From: Octopus sinensis
Lineage: Eukaryota
Length of the DNA stretch: 64,000 bases
NCBI RefSeq assembly: GCF_006345805.1
Contig: NC_043003.1
Coordinates: 87,606,001 to 87,670,000, forward strand
Reading direction: 5' to 3'
How positions within the stretch are numbered: position 1 is the stretch's first letter; each line of letters begins with the position of its first letter. Position numbers and translations under genes: made by a program. Positions 49,315-62,260 of the stretch are shown piece by piece. The notes under the pieces are model-generated. The model saw nothing but the letters and a program-made list of their open reading frames with translations. It ran no database searches and was not told the origin of the DNA.

Positions 49315-50910
49315 ACTGTTGACCAAGGTTCCCTCCTATTTATCATAGTCCTCCAGGCAATAACGGAGGAATTCAAGACAGGATGCTCCTGGGAGCTCCT
49401 CTATGCTAACGACCTTGCTCTAATTGCTGAGTCACTATCAGAACTAGAGGAAAAGCTTCAAGTGTGAAAACAAGGATTAGAATTGAAGGGCCTAGCTAAA
49501 ACCAAAGTCCTAATAAGTAGGAAGGCAGGTAAACCACAAATCCCTTCAGGTAGATGGCCCTGCTCGATCTATAGAAAAAGCGTAGGTAGAGACTCCATAA
49601 GATGTACCCAGTGTAAGCTATGGACACATAAGAGGTGCAGCAATATCAAAGGAAGGCTAACTGGTGCTCAGGAGCAATAAACACTGAAAATATGCAGAGT
49701 ACAATTTCCGCCACATTCCAGGAAGAAAAACTAGAAGTAATTGATAGCTTCCGTTACCTAGGTGACCAAGTCAGTAGCGGAGGAGGGTGCGCTGAAAGTG
49801 TAGCTGCTAGAATAAGAATAGCTAGGGCAAAGTTCAGAGAGCTCTTAACTCTGCTGGTGATAAAGGGCCTCTCGCGCAGAGTAAAAGGTAGACTGTATGA
49901 TGCATGTGTATGAACAGCCATGCTACATGGCAATGAAACATGGGCTGTGACTGCTGAGGACATGCGTAAGCTTGCAAGGAATGAAGCCAGTATGATCCGA
50001 TGGATGTGTAATGTCAGTGTTCATACTCGACAGTGTTAGTGCCCTGAGAGAAAAGTTGGACCTAAGAAACATCAGATGTGGTATGCAAGAGAGACGACTG
50101 TGCTGGTATGGCCATGTGGAGAGAATGGATGTGGATAGCTGTGTGAAAAAGTACCACACCCTAGCGGTTGAGGGAACCTGTGGAAGAGGTAGATCTAGGA
50201 AGACCTGGGATGAGGTGGTGAAGCACGACCTTCGAATATTGGGCCTCGCTGAGGCAATGACTAGTGACCGAGACCTTTAGAAATATGCTGTGCTTGAGAA
50301 GACTCAGTAAGCTCAAGTGAGACCATAACCTCGTGGCCTATGCCAGGGGTGTAACCAGCCCACTTATGCATACCTTTCCTTCATTGGACATTAAACTCTG
50401 CTTGGGAAGACCTGTTGAGACAAGTGAAATCGAAATCAAATTCGATGACTGGCATCCATGCTAGTGGAGCGCAAAGAGTACCATACGAGCATGATTGTTG
50501 CCAGAGCAACAAGCTGGCCTCTGTGCCGGTGGCACGTAAAAAACACCATTCGAGCGTGATCATTACCTGCATCGCCTTACTGGCACTTGTGCTGGTGGCA
50601 CATGAAAAAACATTCGAACGAGGTTGTTGCCAGTGCCACTGGACTGTCTCCTGTGCAAGTGGCACATAAAAAGCACCATTTGAGCGTGGCTGTTGCCAAT
50701 ACCACCTGACTGGCCCTCATGCCGGTGGCACGTAAAAGCAGCCACTACACTCTCGGAATGGTTGGCGTTAGGAAGGGCATCCAGCTGTAGAAACTCTGCT
50801 AGATCAGATTGAAGTCTGGTGCAGCCATCTGGTTCGCCAGACCCCAGTCAAATCGTCCAACCCATGCTAGCATGGAAAGCGGACATTAAACAATGATGAT
50901 GATGATGATG
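49315..50910 (+). mobile_element. RTE family-1 LINE, 5'-truncated
   Basis: WELLYANDL to WDEVV, then repetitive 3'UTR and (GAT)n tail. Confidence 0.92.
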
Positions 50911-51460
50911 TCAAACGAACAAGAACATGAAACTCTGAGTAACAGCTTTTGTTATATTTCTGCTGCTTTTAAATAAAGTGTATGTATATATATATATATG
51001 GTGGAAGTCACCTTTGTGTGTATGGGGGTTAGTTTGTCTATATCCCTGTAACTTAGTGGTTCAACAAAGAGAGACTGATAGCAAGCTTAAAATGGTGTCA
51101 ATTTGTTCTACTAAACCCTTCAAGATAGTGCCCTAGTGTGGCCGTAGTCCAATAACTGAAACAAGTAAAACTAAAAAAATATGTATATGTTAATCATATA
51201 TCATTTATAAAGAGAACACTACAGTGTTTATAAAGCTACATTATCAACAATATTAACTGATGAAAAGGAAACAAACTTATTAGAATATACCACAATGCAT
51301 AAACTAATATCGTGGCCATAATCATAGAAGCGCTACTAGCTATTTAAAAAGCTCTCAGAACACATTAGAGTTAAAAAGAAACTAAAAAAAAATACTTCTT
51401 CTAATTAACTAATTAACAGAAAATAGAACATAAAATATCAATAAAACAGTTCTGACATAC

Positions 51461-51590
51461 TTTTCTATCTTCTGAAGAGAGCTGGTTCTTCAACATATCT
51501 GGATTATTGAATGTCCATTCCCAGGACTGACAGGTAAAATATGTCAGTATGCCCAATGTTCGGTGCAGCCGGTTGTAAATTTTTACCATT
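51461..51590 (-). CDS. FAR1: FAR1-like exon (Sterile/C-terminal domain) MVKIYNRLHRTLGILTYFTCQSWEWTFNNPDMLKNQLSSEDRK
   Basis: 130 nt, acceptor ttctctgtag, donor gtatgt. YFT..SW.W and QL..ED.K motifs; in frame with the previous exon (AG+A = Arg). Confidence 0.93.
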
Positions 51591-52555
51591 CTACAGAGAA
51601 ATGAAGAAAGACAAATTAGAATACTTATGAAATTGTCAACATATATTTTAAAAGTCTTAACTGATACATTAGTTATGTATTCCAAAGATCAGAATGTTCT
51701 GGTTCCCAAAGTTTTATTTTTTAGTGTTTAGCACTATCAACATGATATTTGACTCCTCTCACCATTCAACTCTCCTTCTTTACATCAAAACAAGGTTAGA
51801 TATGCTGTTGGCTCAGTGATAGAGGCAAATCAAAGAAGACAAGAGAAAAGATGGTGAGATCAGATCTTAGTTGTAGAGTGTTATAGATAAGTCAAAGCTG
51901 TAATGAAATGAATGGTACACACAAAAATATGCCATTATGAACCTATCCATCACAGAAAAGTAGACATTAAAATAGTGAAAATGATGATGTCTGGTGTTTT
52001 ATCCTGTGTACTATGCATTTACGTTTAGGAACCATTGCTATCTTTCTCCACTTATTACTGCTTTCTGCCCTCCCAATGAGTCATAATGAACCTAAGCATT
52101 ATACACAACACGTTCATTACTGTTACTAGCAGAAAGGTTGCCCTCTGGACTGTTTTCTGTCAGTTGCTAAGTGATATTTACACATTTGAGTAATTTTTCT
52201 TGTATACTACATGAAATTTTCCTTTATGTCATCTAACAGTACTCACTCCCCCAGTAAATTTAGGGTGTAACTACAGAAGTGTGTCCTCTGAATCTGTTTT
52301 CTCATAACTTTCTGCAAAATGGATATTTACTAATGGAAGTTTCTACAAATACATTTCAGATGGTGTAGATTACAATCATATTGGAATTTGTTGTGAAAAA
52401 CTTTTCTTTTTGGGAGAGGAATTTGTTTCTTCATAGCTTTCAGAAGAATAGATATTTTTTAATAAAATTTTCAACAAATAACTTCCAGATGGTTTAGACA
52501 ATGTTTATATATAAGAATTTAATGTGGTAAAAAGTGCGTGTGTGTGTGTGTGTAT

Positions 52556-52571
52556 GAAAGAGAGAGAGAGG

Positions 52572-52655
<84 letters not shown>
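52556..52655. repeat. (GA)n microsatellite
   Basis: Direct inspection. Confidence 0.97.
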
Positions 52656-52659
<4 letters not shown>

Positions 52660-52979
52660 AGGCATCTCAGCTTTGCTTTTCTGATACACTTTGATGATTT
52701 AATTACAATTATGTTGCCAGAAAAAAAAAATAATTACTTTTGAGACCCATGTGATTACAGCTACTTCTAGCATACTTAATGACCGCATAGAGGATGACCC
52801 ACATTTCAGTTTGTTTAAAAGAGAGAGATTAAGATTGCAATAAAATAATGAAAAACATGTATTCAATAATTAGTGTTAGCATTGTACTATCCTTTCTACA
52901 AAGATTTCTTTCAGAGCCTTTTTGAGAAAGGGTGGAGTAGTTCTCAAAAGTAATTTTTTCAACATAACTGTAATTAAAT

Positions 52980-54415
52980 TCATCATCGTCGTTTAACGTC
53001 CGTTTCCCATGCTGGCATGGGTTGGATGGTTTGAATGAGGGTCGGCGAGCCAGAAGGCTGCACCAGTCTCCAATCTGATCTGGTAAAGTTTCTACAGCTG
53101 GATGCCCTTCCTAAATCCAACCACTCTGAGAGTGTAGTGGGTGCTTTTACGTGCCACTCATGTAGTGCTGGCACTGGCCATGTTCAAATGGTGTTTTTTA
53201 TGTGCCACCTACACAGGAGCCAGTCTACACAGCGACAACCACGCTCAAATGGTGCTTATTTTTACATGCCACCGGCATGAGAGCCAGTCAGCAGCCCTGG
53301 CAACGATCACACTCAAATGGTGCTTTTAACATTCCACTGGCATGGGTGCCAATCAGGCAATACTGTCATCAGCCACAACAGCAATTTCACTTGCCTCAAC
53401 AGGTCTTCGCAAGCAGAGTTCATTGTCCAATGATTGAAGGGTACTCTTAAATGAGCTGGTTATACAGCACTGGCATGGTTATAGTCTCACTTGGCTTGCT
53501 GGGTCTTCTGAAGCACAGCATATCTCCAAATGTCTCGGTCACTAGTCATTGCCTCAGTGAGGCCTAATGTTCGAAGGTTGTGCTTCACCACCTCATTCCA
53601 GGTCTTCCTGGGTCTACCGCTTCCGTTAGTTCCCTCAACTGCTAGGGTGTGACACTTTTTTACACAGCTCTCCTCATCCATTCACAACACATGACCATAC
53701 CTGCACAGTCGTCTCTCTTGCACACCACATCTGATGCTTCTTGGGTCCAACTTTTCTCTCAAGGTATTAACACTCTGTCGAGTATGCACACTGACATTAC
53801 ACATCCATCGGAGCATACTGGCTTCATTCCTTGCAAGCTTACGCACGTCCTCAGCAGTCACTGCCCATGTTCCACTGCCATGTAGCATGGCTGTTCGTAC
53901 ACATGCATCAAACAGTCTACCTTTTACTCTGAGTGAGAGGCCTTTTGTCACCAGCAGAGATAAGAGCTCTCTGAACTTTGCCCGGGCTATTCTTATTCTA
54001 GCAGCTACACTTTCAGCATACCCTCCCCTGCTACTGATTTGGGCACCTAGGTAATGGAAGCTATCAATTACTTCTAGTTTTTCTTCCTGGAATGTGGCGA
54101 AAGTTGTTCTCTGCACATTTTCAGTGTTTATTGCTCCTGAGCATCTGCCACATACAAAAACTATCTTCCCAGTTAGCCTTCCTTTGATATTACTGCACTT
54201 CTTATGTGTCCATAGTTTACACTGGGTACATCTTGTGGAGTCTCTACCTACGCCTTTTCTACTGATCGAGCAGGGCCGTCTACATGAAGGGATTTGTGGT
54301 TTGACTGCCTTCCAGCTAACTAAGACTTTGGTTTTTGCTAGGTTGACTCTAAGGCCTTTCGATTCTAATCTTTGCTTCCACACCTGAAACTTCTCTAGTT
54401 CTGATAGTGACTCAG
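52980..54415 (-). mobile_element. RTE family-1 LINE, 5'-truncated, inverted relative to 49315-50910
   Basis: ORF 53682-54467 carries the RT C-terminal half and PHD finger; 3'UTR and tail end at 52980. Confidence 0.92.
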
Positions 54416-54519
54416 CATTCAAATTATATTGAGATACATGAAATATCCCCCTCCCCATGCTTTTCACACTAAACTCTTGTATAATCAGAACTTACACCAT
54501 CTGAAAAGTATTTATCATT

Positions 54520-54850
54520 TATCTTTTACTTGTTTCAGGCATTTGATTGTGGTATTCCTGGGGCACCACCTTGAAGAATTTTAGTCAAATGAATCGGCCC
54601 CAGTAATATCTTTTAAAGGACTGGTACTTAATCTATTGTTCTCTTTTGCCAAACAGCTATGTTATGTAGACATAAACACAGACACAAAGACACACACACA
54701 CACACACACACACAAAACAAGCTTCTTTCAGTTTCCAAATTGACTCCCAAGGTTTTGGTTGGCCCAAGGCTATAGTAGAAAACATTTGCCCAAGATGCCA
54801 TGTAGTAGAATTGAATCCAGAGCAAACTTCTCACCACACAGCCAAGCCTA
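54520..54850 (-). mobile_element. tRNA-derived SINE (family A), diverged
   Basis: Reverse-complement homology to 4000-4385. Confidence 0.75.
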
Positions 54851-55154
54851 CATCAAAGAAAATTTCACAAAAACATGCCCATTTTCCTAAACCTTGTAAG
54901 GAAAGAGAGTCAAGGAGGCATGTGAAGTATCTTAAACTCCTCTCCTGCCACCTCTGAAAATGTTTTTCATAACAAATTCTGCTATAATTATAATCTAAAC
55001 AATCTGAAGGATATTTATAGAAAATTTCATGAAATAATATCCATCCTTCTGAAATTTAAAGCAAACAAAATCAGTAGGGAGAGGTATACTTGTGTACATG
55101 TGTCCAAATGACATAAGCAAATTAGAAGCACTTCTTTCTATTTCTTCAAAAGGC

Positions 55155-55545
55155 ATAGAAGTGGCTGTGTGGTAAGTAGTTTGCTTACCAACCACATGGT
55201 TCCGGATTCAGTCCCACTGCGTGGCACCTTGGGCAAGTGTCTTCTACTATAGCCTCAGGCCGACCAAAGCCTTGAGTGGATTTGGTAGACGGAAACTGAA
55301 AGAAGCATGTTGTATATATATATATGTGTGCTTGTATATGTGTGTGTGTGTTTGTCCCCCCAACATCGCTTGACAACCAATGCTGGTGTGTTTACGTCCC
55401 CATAACTTAGCAGTTCGGCAAAAGAGATGAATAGAATAAGTACTAAGCTTACAAAGAATAAGTCCTGGGGTTGATTTGCTTGACTAAAGGCGGTGCTCCA
55501 GCATAGCCACAGTCAAATGACTGAAACAAGTAAAAAAAAAAATAA
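55155..55545 (+). mobile_element. tRNA-derived SINE (family A), full length
   Basis: Closely matches 4000-4385. Confidence 0.9.
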
Positions 55546-56134
55546 AAAGAGAGAGTAAACACCCAACAAATATAAAAGGCCTGTGGAATCAACAGAATTT
55601 GGCTGATGCTGGATTAAACTTATAATTTGTAGAAAGTAGCACTGCAAATATTTGGGCAGCCTTTATATTTCCAGGAATATTTAATAAAATTAATTTTGCG
55701 ATTGAAGTATGTACTTGAAATATTCTATAATAAAAGAAACATAAAAACCACATTTTGATAAAAATATATCAAGACTGAGATTTTATAAAAAATTTCCAGT
55801 CTTTGATAATTGCTTTTTAGTAAAAGTTACATAATCCAAACTATTTAATAAAGATAAGCTAATGTTAGCTTGGAAAGATTGAAATCCAAAAACATGAGGT
55901 ACAAAGCTGCATACTACCAAGTCCTTGGTCTAGCTCTATGACTTCTGCCTAGCCAGCCCCTGCCTAGCCAGCCCCTGCCAAGCTGTCCAACCCATGCCAG
56001 CATGGAAAATGGACGTTAAATGATGATGATGATGAAATAACATATCTAAGATATGCACAATACATAATGTACCTAACATATGTAACATATCGAACATATG
56101 TAACAGATCTGACATATGTAACATACCTAACTTA

Positions 56135-57361
56135 AAAGGATTGGCTTAAAAGTTCATAGGCTGACCAAATACTCTTATGTGATGTGACCAAATGAGGTTT
56201 ATTTTTCAACATAGACCCCTTTGTGGTTCACAGTCTTCTTCCATCTGTGTTACAGAGCTTGGATTTCATTGGTGAAGAACCTTTCATCCTGTTGGTCAAA
56301 AATGTCATCAACAGCAAATATGACATCATCACTGCAATACTGGTTCCCAGCCAAGTGCTTTTTCATGCTAGAGAACAGATGATAGTCAGATGGAGCCAAA
56401 TCAGGAGAATAAGGAGGGCAATCAACTAGTTCAAAGCTTTAATTGAGCACAGCAGCCATTGAAACCAATGACTTGTGTGCTGGAGCATTGTCTTGATGAA
56501 ACAAGACTCCTTTTGTCAGTTTTCCAGAGAGTTCTATCTTGATAGCCTTTCATAACTGTCTCAGCAAGTTGGCATAGTACCCTCCATTGATGGTGTGGCC
56601 TTTTTGAAGATAATCATTAAACAATGCCTTTTGCATCCCAACAGAACTGACGTCATCACCTTCCCTGCAGATGAAATGACTTTGGCCTTCTTTGGAGCAG
56701 ATAAGAATAGTCTCTTTGTTTCTGGTTGAAAGTGATGAATTCAACACTCATCCTGACTCAGAAAACATTCAAGGAAATCAGCTGGATCTACCCGAAACAA
56801 TCTCAGATTTTCCTGTGGTGTGAGGATGTGGCAGAAACTTTTGTCATGCCAAGTTCATTGAGCAGAATATTCTCAACTCTCTCATGGGATATGCTAATAG
56901 CATTAGTTATTTGATTTATAGTCAATCACCTGTCATCCATCACCATGCAATAAACATGATCATTGTTTTCCTCAGTGGTGACAATTTCAGGATATCTAGA
57001 CCTCGGGTCATCTTCAAGAGTCTCTTTTCCCCTTTGAAATTCAGCTGCCCACTTTTGCATTGTTGATAAAACTGGAGTGTAATTGCCTAATGTGGCAACC
57101 ATATCAGCATGAATGTCCAAGGAGGTTAAACCCTTTTTCTACAGGTACTTGATAATAGCACAATGCCAAATTTTGTCCATTTTTAAGAGAAGGGGGCTAC
57201 TAGTTACTTTTGAAGTGTTCTTTGAACAGTCAGATGTCAGTTGACCTAGAAAGATATAATGCAGTTATTAATAAGAAGAGCTAAAATTAAAGTATGCAAG
57301 ATTTCACAGCTCTAGCATCACTCCTTCATAGTCAGCCTCTGAACTTTTCAACCCACCCTTG
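56135..57361 (-). mobile_element. Decayed mariner transposon
   Basis: TIR ...gaaaagttca.aggctgac at both ends; transposase remnants KWAAEFQRGK..LEDDPRS and DNAPAHKS. Confidence 0.85.
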
Positions 57362-57364
57362 TAT

Positions 57365-57655
57365 ATAACATATGTAATACACCTAACTTATATAATGTAT
57401 GTAAAAATATATTTAATGTGTCTAACATATGTAATATACCTAACAAATATAACATACTTAATACATGAAATTTAACAAACATCTAACATACTTAACATAT
57501 GTAACATCTAACATGTGTAACATACCTAACTTATCTTACATACCTAACATGCATAACATATTTAACATAATCAACATATGTAACATAACATGTAACAACA
57601 TATGTAATATACCTAATATATCTAACATAAGTAACATATCTAAGATATCTAACAT
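57365..57655. repeat. Degenerate ~9-bp minisatellite (taacatatg/taacatacc), also at 56035-56132
   Basis: The same motif lies on both sides of the mariner, so the mariner inserted into it. Confidence 0.8.
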
Positions 57656-57720
57656 TTGCTCTTTGACAGCAGACCACCACTCTCCTCAAATGTTATTGGT
57701 TACTAATTATCTGTACATAC

Positions 57721-57810
57721 CTTGGTTTTTTACCCAAAAGGCTGTAGCCCAGATCTGTAAGGTAGGCAGGGATCATGTGACTGACAAATACCCAATAGTC
57801 ATGTAGAAAA
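57721..57810 (-). CDS. FAR1: FAR1-like internal exon FLHDYWVFVSHMIPAYLTDLGYSLLGKKP(R)
   Basis: 90 nt, acceptor tttaatgacag, donor gtatgt. Not in the ORF track; resembles vertebrate FAR1 YW..VSH..PA...D......G..PR. Phase 2 to 2. Confidence 0.92.
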
Positions 57811-58194
57811 CTGTCATTAAAAAAGAAAAAAAATCACAAATATGCCATAGGTTAAAGGAAGAAAACATTTTGTTATTTATGTTTGAACCGAAGGAATTTT
57901 TGAATAGTCAATTTAAACATAAAAGTATTCAAATCATTTTTCTAGCACTTACCATTACAATATATAATCTAATAACATAGCTTCTACATGGTCTTTCAAT
58001 TTGCTAGAAATAGCAGCAAAAGCTCCTTCAAATCATACCCTAGCATCTTAAGTAAAGAATAGAAAATCACAAGATTGTCACAATAGGAATGCTTCTGATG
58101 ACAAATCTGCTCAATGAAGGGCTGACCATTAGTTAAATAATATATGATAAACTTCTTAAGTTGAAAAATACCATAAATAGAAAATAATATTAAC

Positions 58195-58276
58195 CTGTTA
58201 TTTGTCATGGTAACATTGGGTCTTCGAAAGGCTGCTTCTAAAGGAGTTTTCTTGAAAAAGTTCAATACAATACTCT
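58195..58276 (-). CDS. FAR1: FAR1-like internal exon ESIVLNFFKKTPLEAAFRRPNVTMTNN(S)
   Basis: 82 nt, acceptor (t)10gtag, donor gttaat. PLE.AFRRPNV motif; phases 1 to 2 fit both neighbours. Confidence 0.92.
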
Positions 58277-58759
58277 CTACAAAAAAAAAATGAAAACAAA
58301 AATTCTATTCTTCAAAATGGCCACCATAATTAAAACAAAACCAATCTATCAGAAGGCATACAAAATTATCAAATCCATCAGTCACCTTTCTGAATTTAGT
58401 AAGGGTTTCTGATGAAACCCTTACTAAGTATTTGACTGGTACTTTATTTTATTGATCCCAAAAGGATGAAATGCTAAGATGACCTTCACAGAATTTGAAC
58501 TCAAAGTATAAAGAGCCGGAAGAAATGCCACTAAGTATTTTGTTTGACTTGCAAACCACCTTAGATGCTAGTTTCTTTTATTGGCCACAAAGGTCAAAGA
58601 CACTGAGAACAATATCAAAGGATGAAATACAATACAAGGATGGGTTTGCAGTATTCAAAAAGGAATCAACAACAATAAGGACATATCAAAAGATATGAAA
58701 ATTGAATTAAAAGAAACAAAATAAATTCCTCAATAGGGTAATAGTCCACCCAGGGAAAA

Positions 58760-59480
58760 TTTCACACAATAAGGCCAAGATTACTCAGCTGTCTGAAGGC
58801 ATTGAAACAGCCCTTTCTCAATTTCTTTCCTCTTATTTAGAAAAGCATACTTAGGGTAAGCCCATTCAGACTCAGTATTGTTGCCATTCTCATTCACCTT
58901 TCAATACAAACACTAGAAAGCAACACCTCTCTCTCTCTACCCTCACCTTCCTCTTCCAATGATACTTGAAGGAATTGATGAGAGCTTGGCAAGTAAGGAA
59001 AGTACATGTCTTCAAACCATTCAGACAAGTCTGCCTCAGCCCCAAGACAGAGAAAGGCTTGCCTCTCTTCCCTGCCAAAAGAAGATGGTACATCAATTTT
59101 TACTACAGATTCGACAAACAGCTACATTTTTCTACATGTGACAGCAGCTGTTTGACATAATCCCACAATTCATTAATGCATAAACACTGAACGATGGGAC
59201 ACAGAAAGGTCTCATCCTTTTGCATACATTTCAGCATTTCAGATAGGTTCAGATGTTGGTACTTCCATGCACAAAGAGCTTGCTTCAAGCAGGTTAATTC
59301 CTCCCTCTTCCTGCAGCACTACCATACCAAAAGACTTTTGAAAATTGTCCAGTCCCCAGCCTGAAGGTCCTCCAGAAGAGAATGCTCATACTCAATTCCA
59401 GGCCACCATCATCCATAGCCCTCCATAAAAATTAAGAGTTGCCCTCTCCCCACCACTAACAGTCAGGGAAAAGGAAGAGG
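58760..59480 (-). mobile_element. L1/Tx1 LINE 3' fragment in a FAR intron
   Basis: ET....IVQC..I.ELWDYVKQLL, homologous to ~41500-41580. Confidence 0.7.
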
Positions 59481-59613
59481 ACCAGCAGCAGCAGTTTTTG
59501 ATAAAGTATACCGTATATAGTGTATTAAGTCAAATTCACCACAATAATTATCCCTCAAAGCTTACTAACTTAAACAACCAAAAAAATGAACCTTTGTGTG
59601 TCAGTGTACTTAC

Positions 59614-59800
59614 CCATTTCTCCCCAGGTGAATGGATTTACAGAACCAGTAGTACAATGATAAATTAAAATTGAAGGGGGTTTGACCAGGGCTGTGTACC
59701 ATCCCACTGTTATCATCAAGTTCACTGGAATGTCAACAGGGACAATATCTGCAACAGCCTTGAATTCGCATTTTACAGAGCGTAGAATTCCTTTACCAGC
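59614..59800 (-). CDS. FAR1: FAR1-like internal exon AGKGILRS...HCTTGSVNPFTWGEM
   Basis: 187 nt, acceptor ...gtacag, donor gtaagt. Contains AGKG.LR, AD.VPVD..VN and CTTG..NP..WGE motifs typical of FAR1. Ends in phase 1. Confidence 0.95.
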
Positions 59801-62215
59801 CTGTACAAAGATAAGAATAACAAAGAGTGTGTGTGTGTGTGTGCATTTGTCTGTGTGCAAGATTTGTTGACCAAAAGAGAAGAAAGGAAGTGTGCGTGTG
59901 TGTTGAGTCTCAAATATGATTCATGACTGAGCCAAATAGTGGTGTTTTCTTGCTGATCCAGATCTATGACAATATAGGGAAAAAAACATACCGTATTTTG
60001 ACAAGTATAAGGAACCCTTGTGTACAAGGAAACCCCCAATTTTGGGGGCTTAAAATTTGGAAGAAAGGGATTATAATATTATCCATGTATAAGAAACTCC
60101 CACATTTTTATAACTTAATTTTTGACAAAAAGGGGTTCCTTATACATGTTAAAATACAGTATATCATCATCACCATCATTTTACGTTTTCAATGTTAGCA
60201 TTGGTTGGATGATTTGACAGATTTTAAAGGGTTGGAGGATGACATGGTCTCTATGGCTAGATGTCCTTGCTAACACTAACACTTTTACAAACTGCACTGG
60301 GTGCATATTTTCATAGCACCAGCACTAGTGAGGTTATCATGTCATCAAGATGACCTCTTAAGCCTTGTGTTGTTGCTGCTTAATTAGGTTTCCCAACTAC
60401 ATACACAAACATCAGGCATAGTTCTGTTTGATTCCCAACCATGTAGTTTTGTGTTCAGCCTACTGGACAGTACCTTGGATAAGTCCTGACTAACCAAAGT
60501 CTTGTGAATGGATTTGGTAGAAGAAAACTGAAAGAAGCCCATGTAGGTGCACTTGCATCTGTGTCTTTATTTACATTTAGGGCCTGTGAAAATTGCTATG
60601 ACCAGTGTTATAGTTATTTCTCTTGCAAACAAATCACCTGCTCACTTTATGTCTTAAAAATGCATGAAATAAGAAGTACCTGAGATTGAAAACAGGCAAG
60701 GACATCTAGCTGTAAACGAATGCTTCAATAATATACTCCTCTAGCCCATGTCAGCAGGGAAAATGGATGTCAAAAAAGAAAAAAGCAGCAGCACCAAACT
60801 CTTATCCACCAAAGACCAAGTATAAGATCACTTGCAACTGATTTTAGTGACCCCAGCATGGTATATTCCAATGAGTAATCATCATCATTTTAATATCCAG
60901 TTTTCCATGCTTGTATGGGTTGGACACAAGCTATTGAAGCAGATTTTCTGTTGCCAACTCTGACCTATTTCTAAGCAAGGTAATATTTCCAATATTTTCC
61001 TATGGCTGGACATGTTTCTGTGGAAGATTGGAAATAAAGGACACTGCTTGTATGACAGTGACACATGATGTCAAGACAAACAGGCAATAACACTCACACA
61101 CACTGGGTTTCTTTTAGTTTCTGTCTACCAAATCTACTCACAAGGCTTTGGTCAACCCAGGGGTATAGTAGAAGGCATTTCTCAAAAGTAGCATGCAAGC
61201 TTCTTAACCACATATCCATGCCTATGCTTGTATACACACAAACATAAATCAAATACAAGTGGTGGTTTGTATCAGCAAAAATTGTATTTATTGATAAAAT
61301 ATAAAGTGTTGATCTTGGTCCAACATCTTGAGATTAGATCCCTGCTACGTCTTTATGTTTTCTGGGCCTGCCTCTGATATGGGTGTCTACCACTGTCAGA
61401 ATAATTTTACTCAGCAGATGTTATTTTCTTTGCATCATATATAAGCCAGTGTGGCTGCTTTTCCTGCCCTGTATTAATTGAGAAATTAACTTTTCTCAGC
61501 TCACTCAAACAACCAACAGATCGTACTGAGCTCATTTTCCCCAAGTTTTTGCTGGTTTTCTTTATTCCATGCCCAACAATACACCATTATATTTATTATA
61601 TATGTTTCACAGATAGAAACATTTTGTTGTTTAGCCCACAAGTCAATCCTGACCAAAAAGACCTACAAAAGTTCCAATTGTGACTCAATGTCATCTAGCA
61701 TTTTTATAAGATGATAGATGCAATTAGGAGATTTTGTTACTTTTAGCAGGTCCAACAATCTTGCAGATACACCTTCATTGCTAGAGAAAGCCTTTGTCTT
61801 TCTTTAACATCAGACCAGCCTTAACTGAGCAGATCAAAGGTATTTCATCTATGTCCATGTTAATTTCCTTTCCAGGCCCATATGCATACACCAAATAAGA
61901 CAAGATGATGTAGCTGCTATTTTTAGTAAGTTGAGCAGTTCTACAGAGACTCCCTCATTGACTCAGAAACTAACTCTTCATTAATAATGATGTTACTCTG
62001 AACTTCTCCCCATTCCTTACTCTATTATATTCTCTCTACATCTACCTCCATGCCTAGTTATGACACTAATTAGCAGAAACTACATCTAACTGATAATCTT
62101 AACATTCTATAGACTATATTTCATACATCTGCTGCTTTAAAATTTCAATACTCTGTCATTGAAAAGAAATATACTCGAAATTTCAGAAGTTTTAGGACAA
62201 ATGGAAATTACTTAC

Positions 62216-62260
62216 AGCAAGATAGAGGCCACTTGGTCCATTGAAATTATCAATCCAACC
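62216..62260 (-). CDS. FAR1: Fatty acyl-CoA reductase (FAR1-like), internal exon GWIDNFNGPSGLYLA
   Basis: 45-nt exon, acceptor tattttacag, donor gtaagt. The peptide is the conserved GWIDNFNGPSG motif of FAR/male-sterility NAD-binding domains. Joins the next exon in phase 0. Upstream exons were not found in the window. Confidence 0.93.

Noticed and set aside
32964-56000. RT, transposase and endonuclease ORFs as host genes (SETMAR-, PGBD-like etc.)
   Set aside because: All are frameshifted, bounded by TIRs, tails or TSDs, and lack splice structure.
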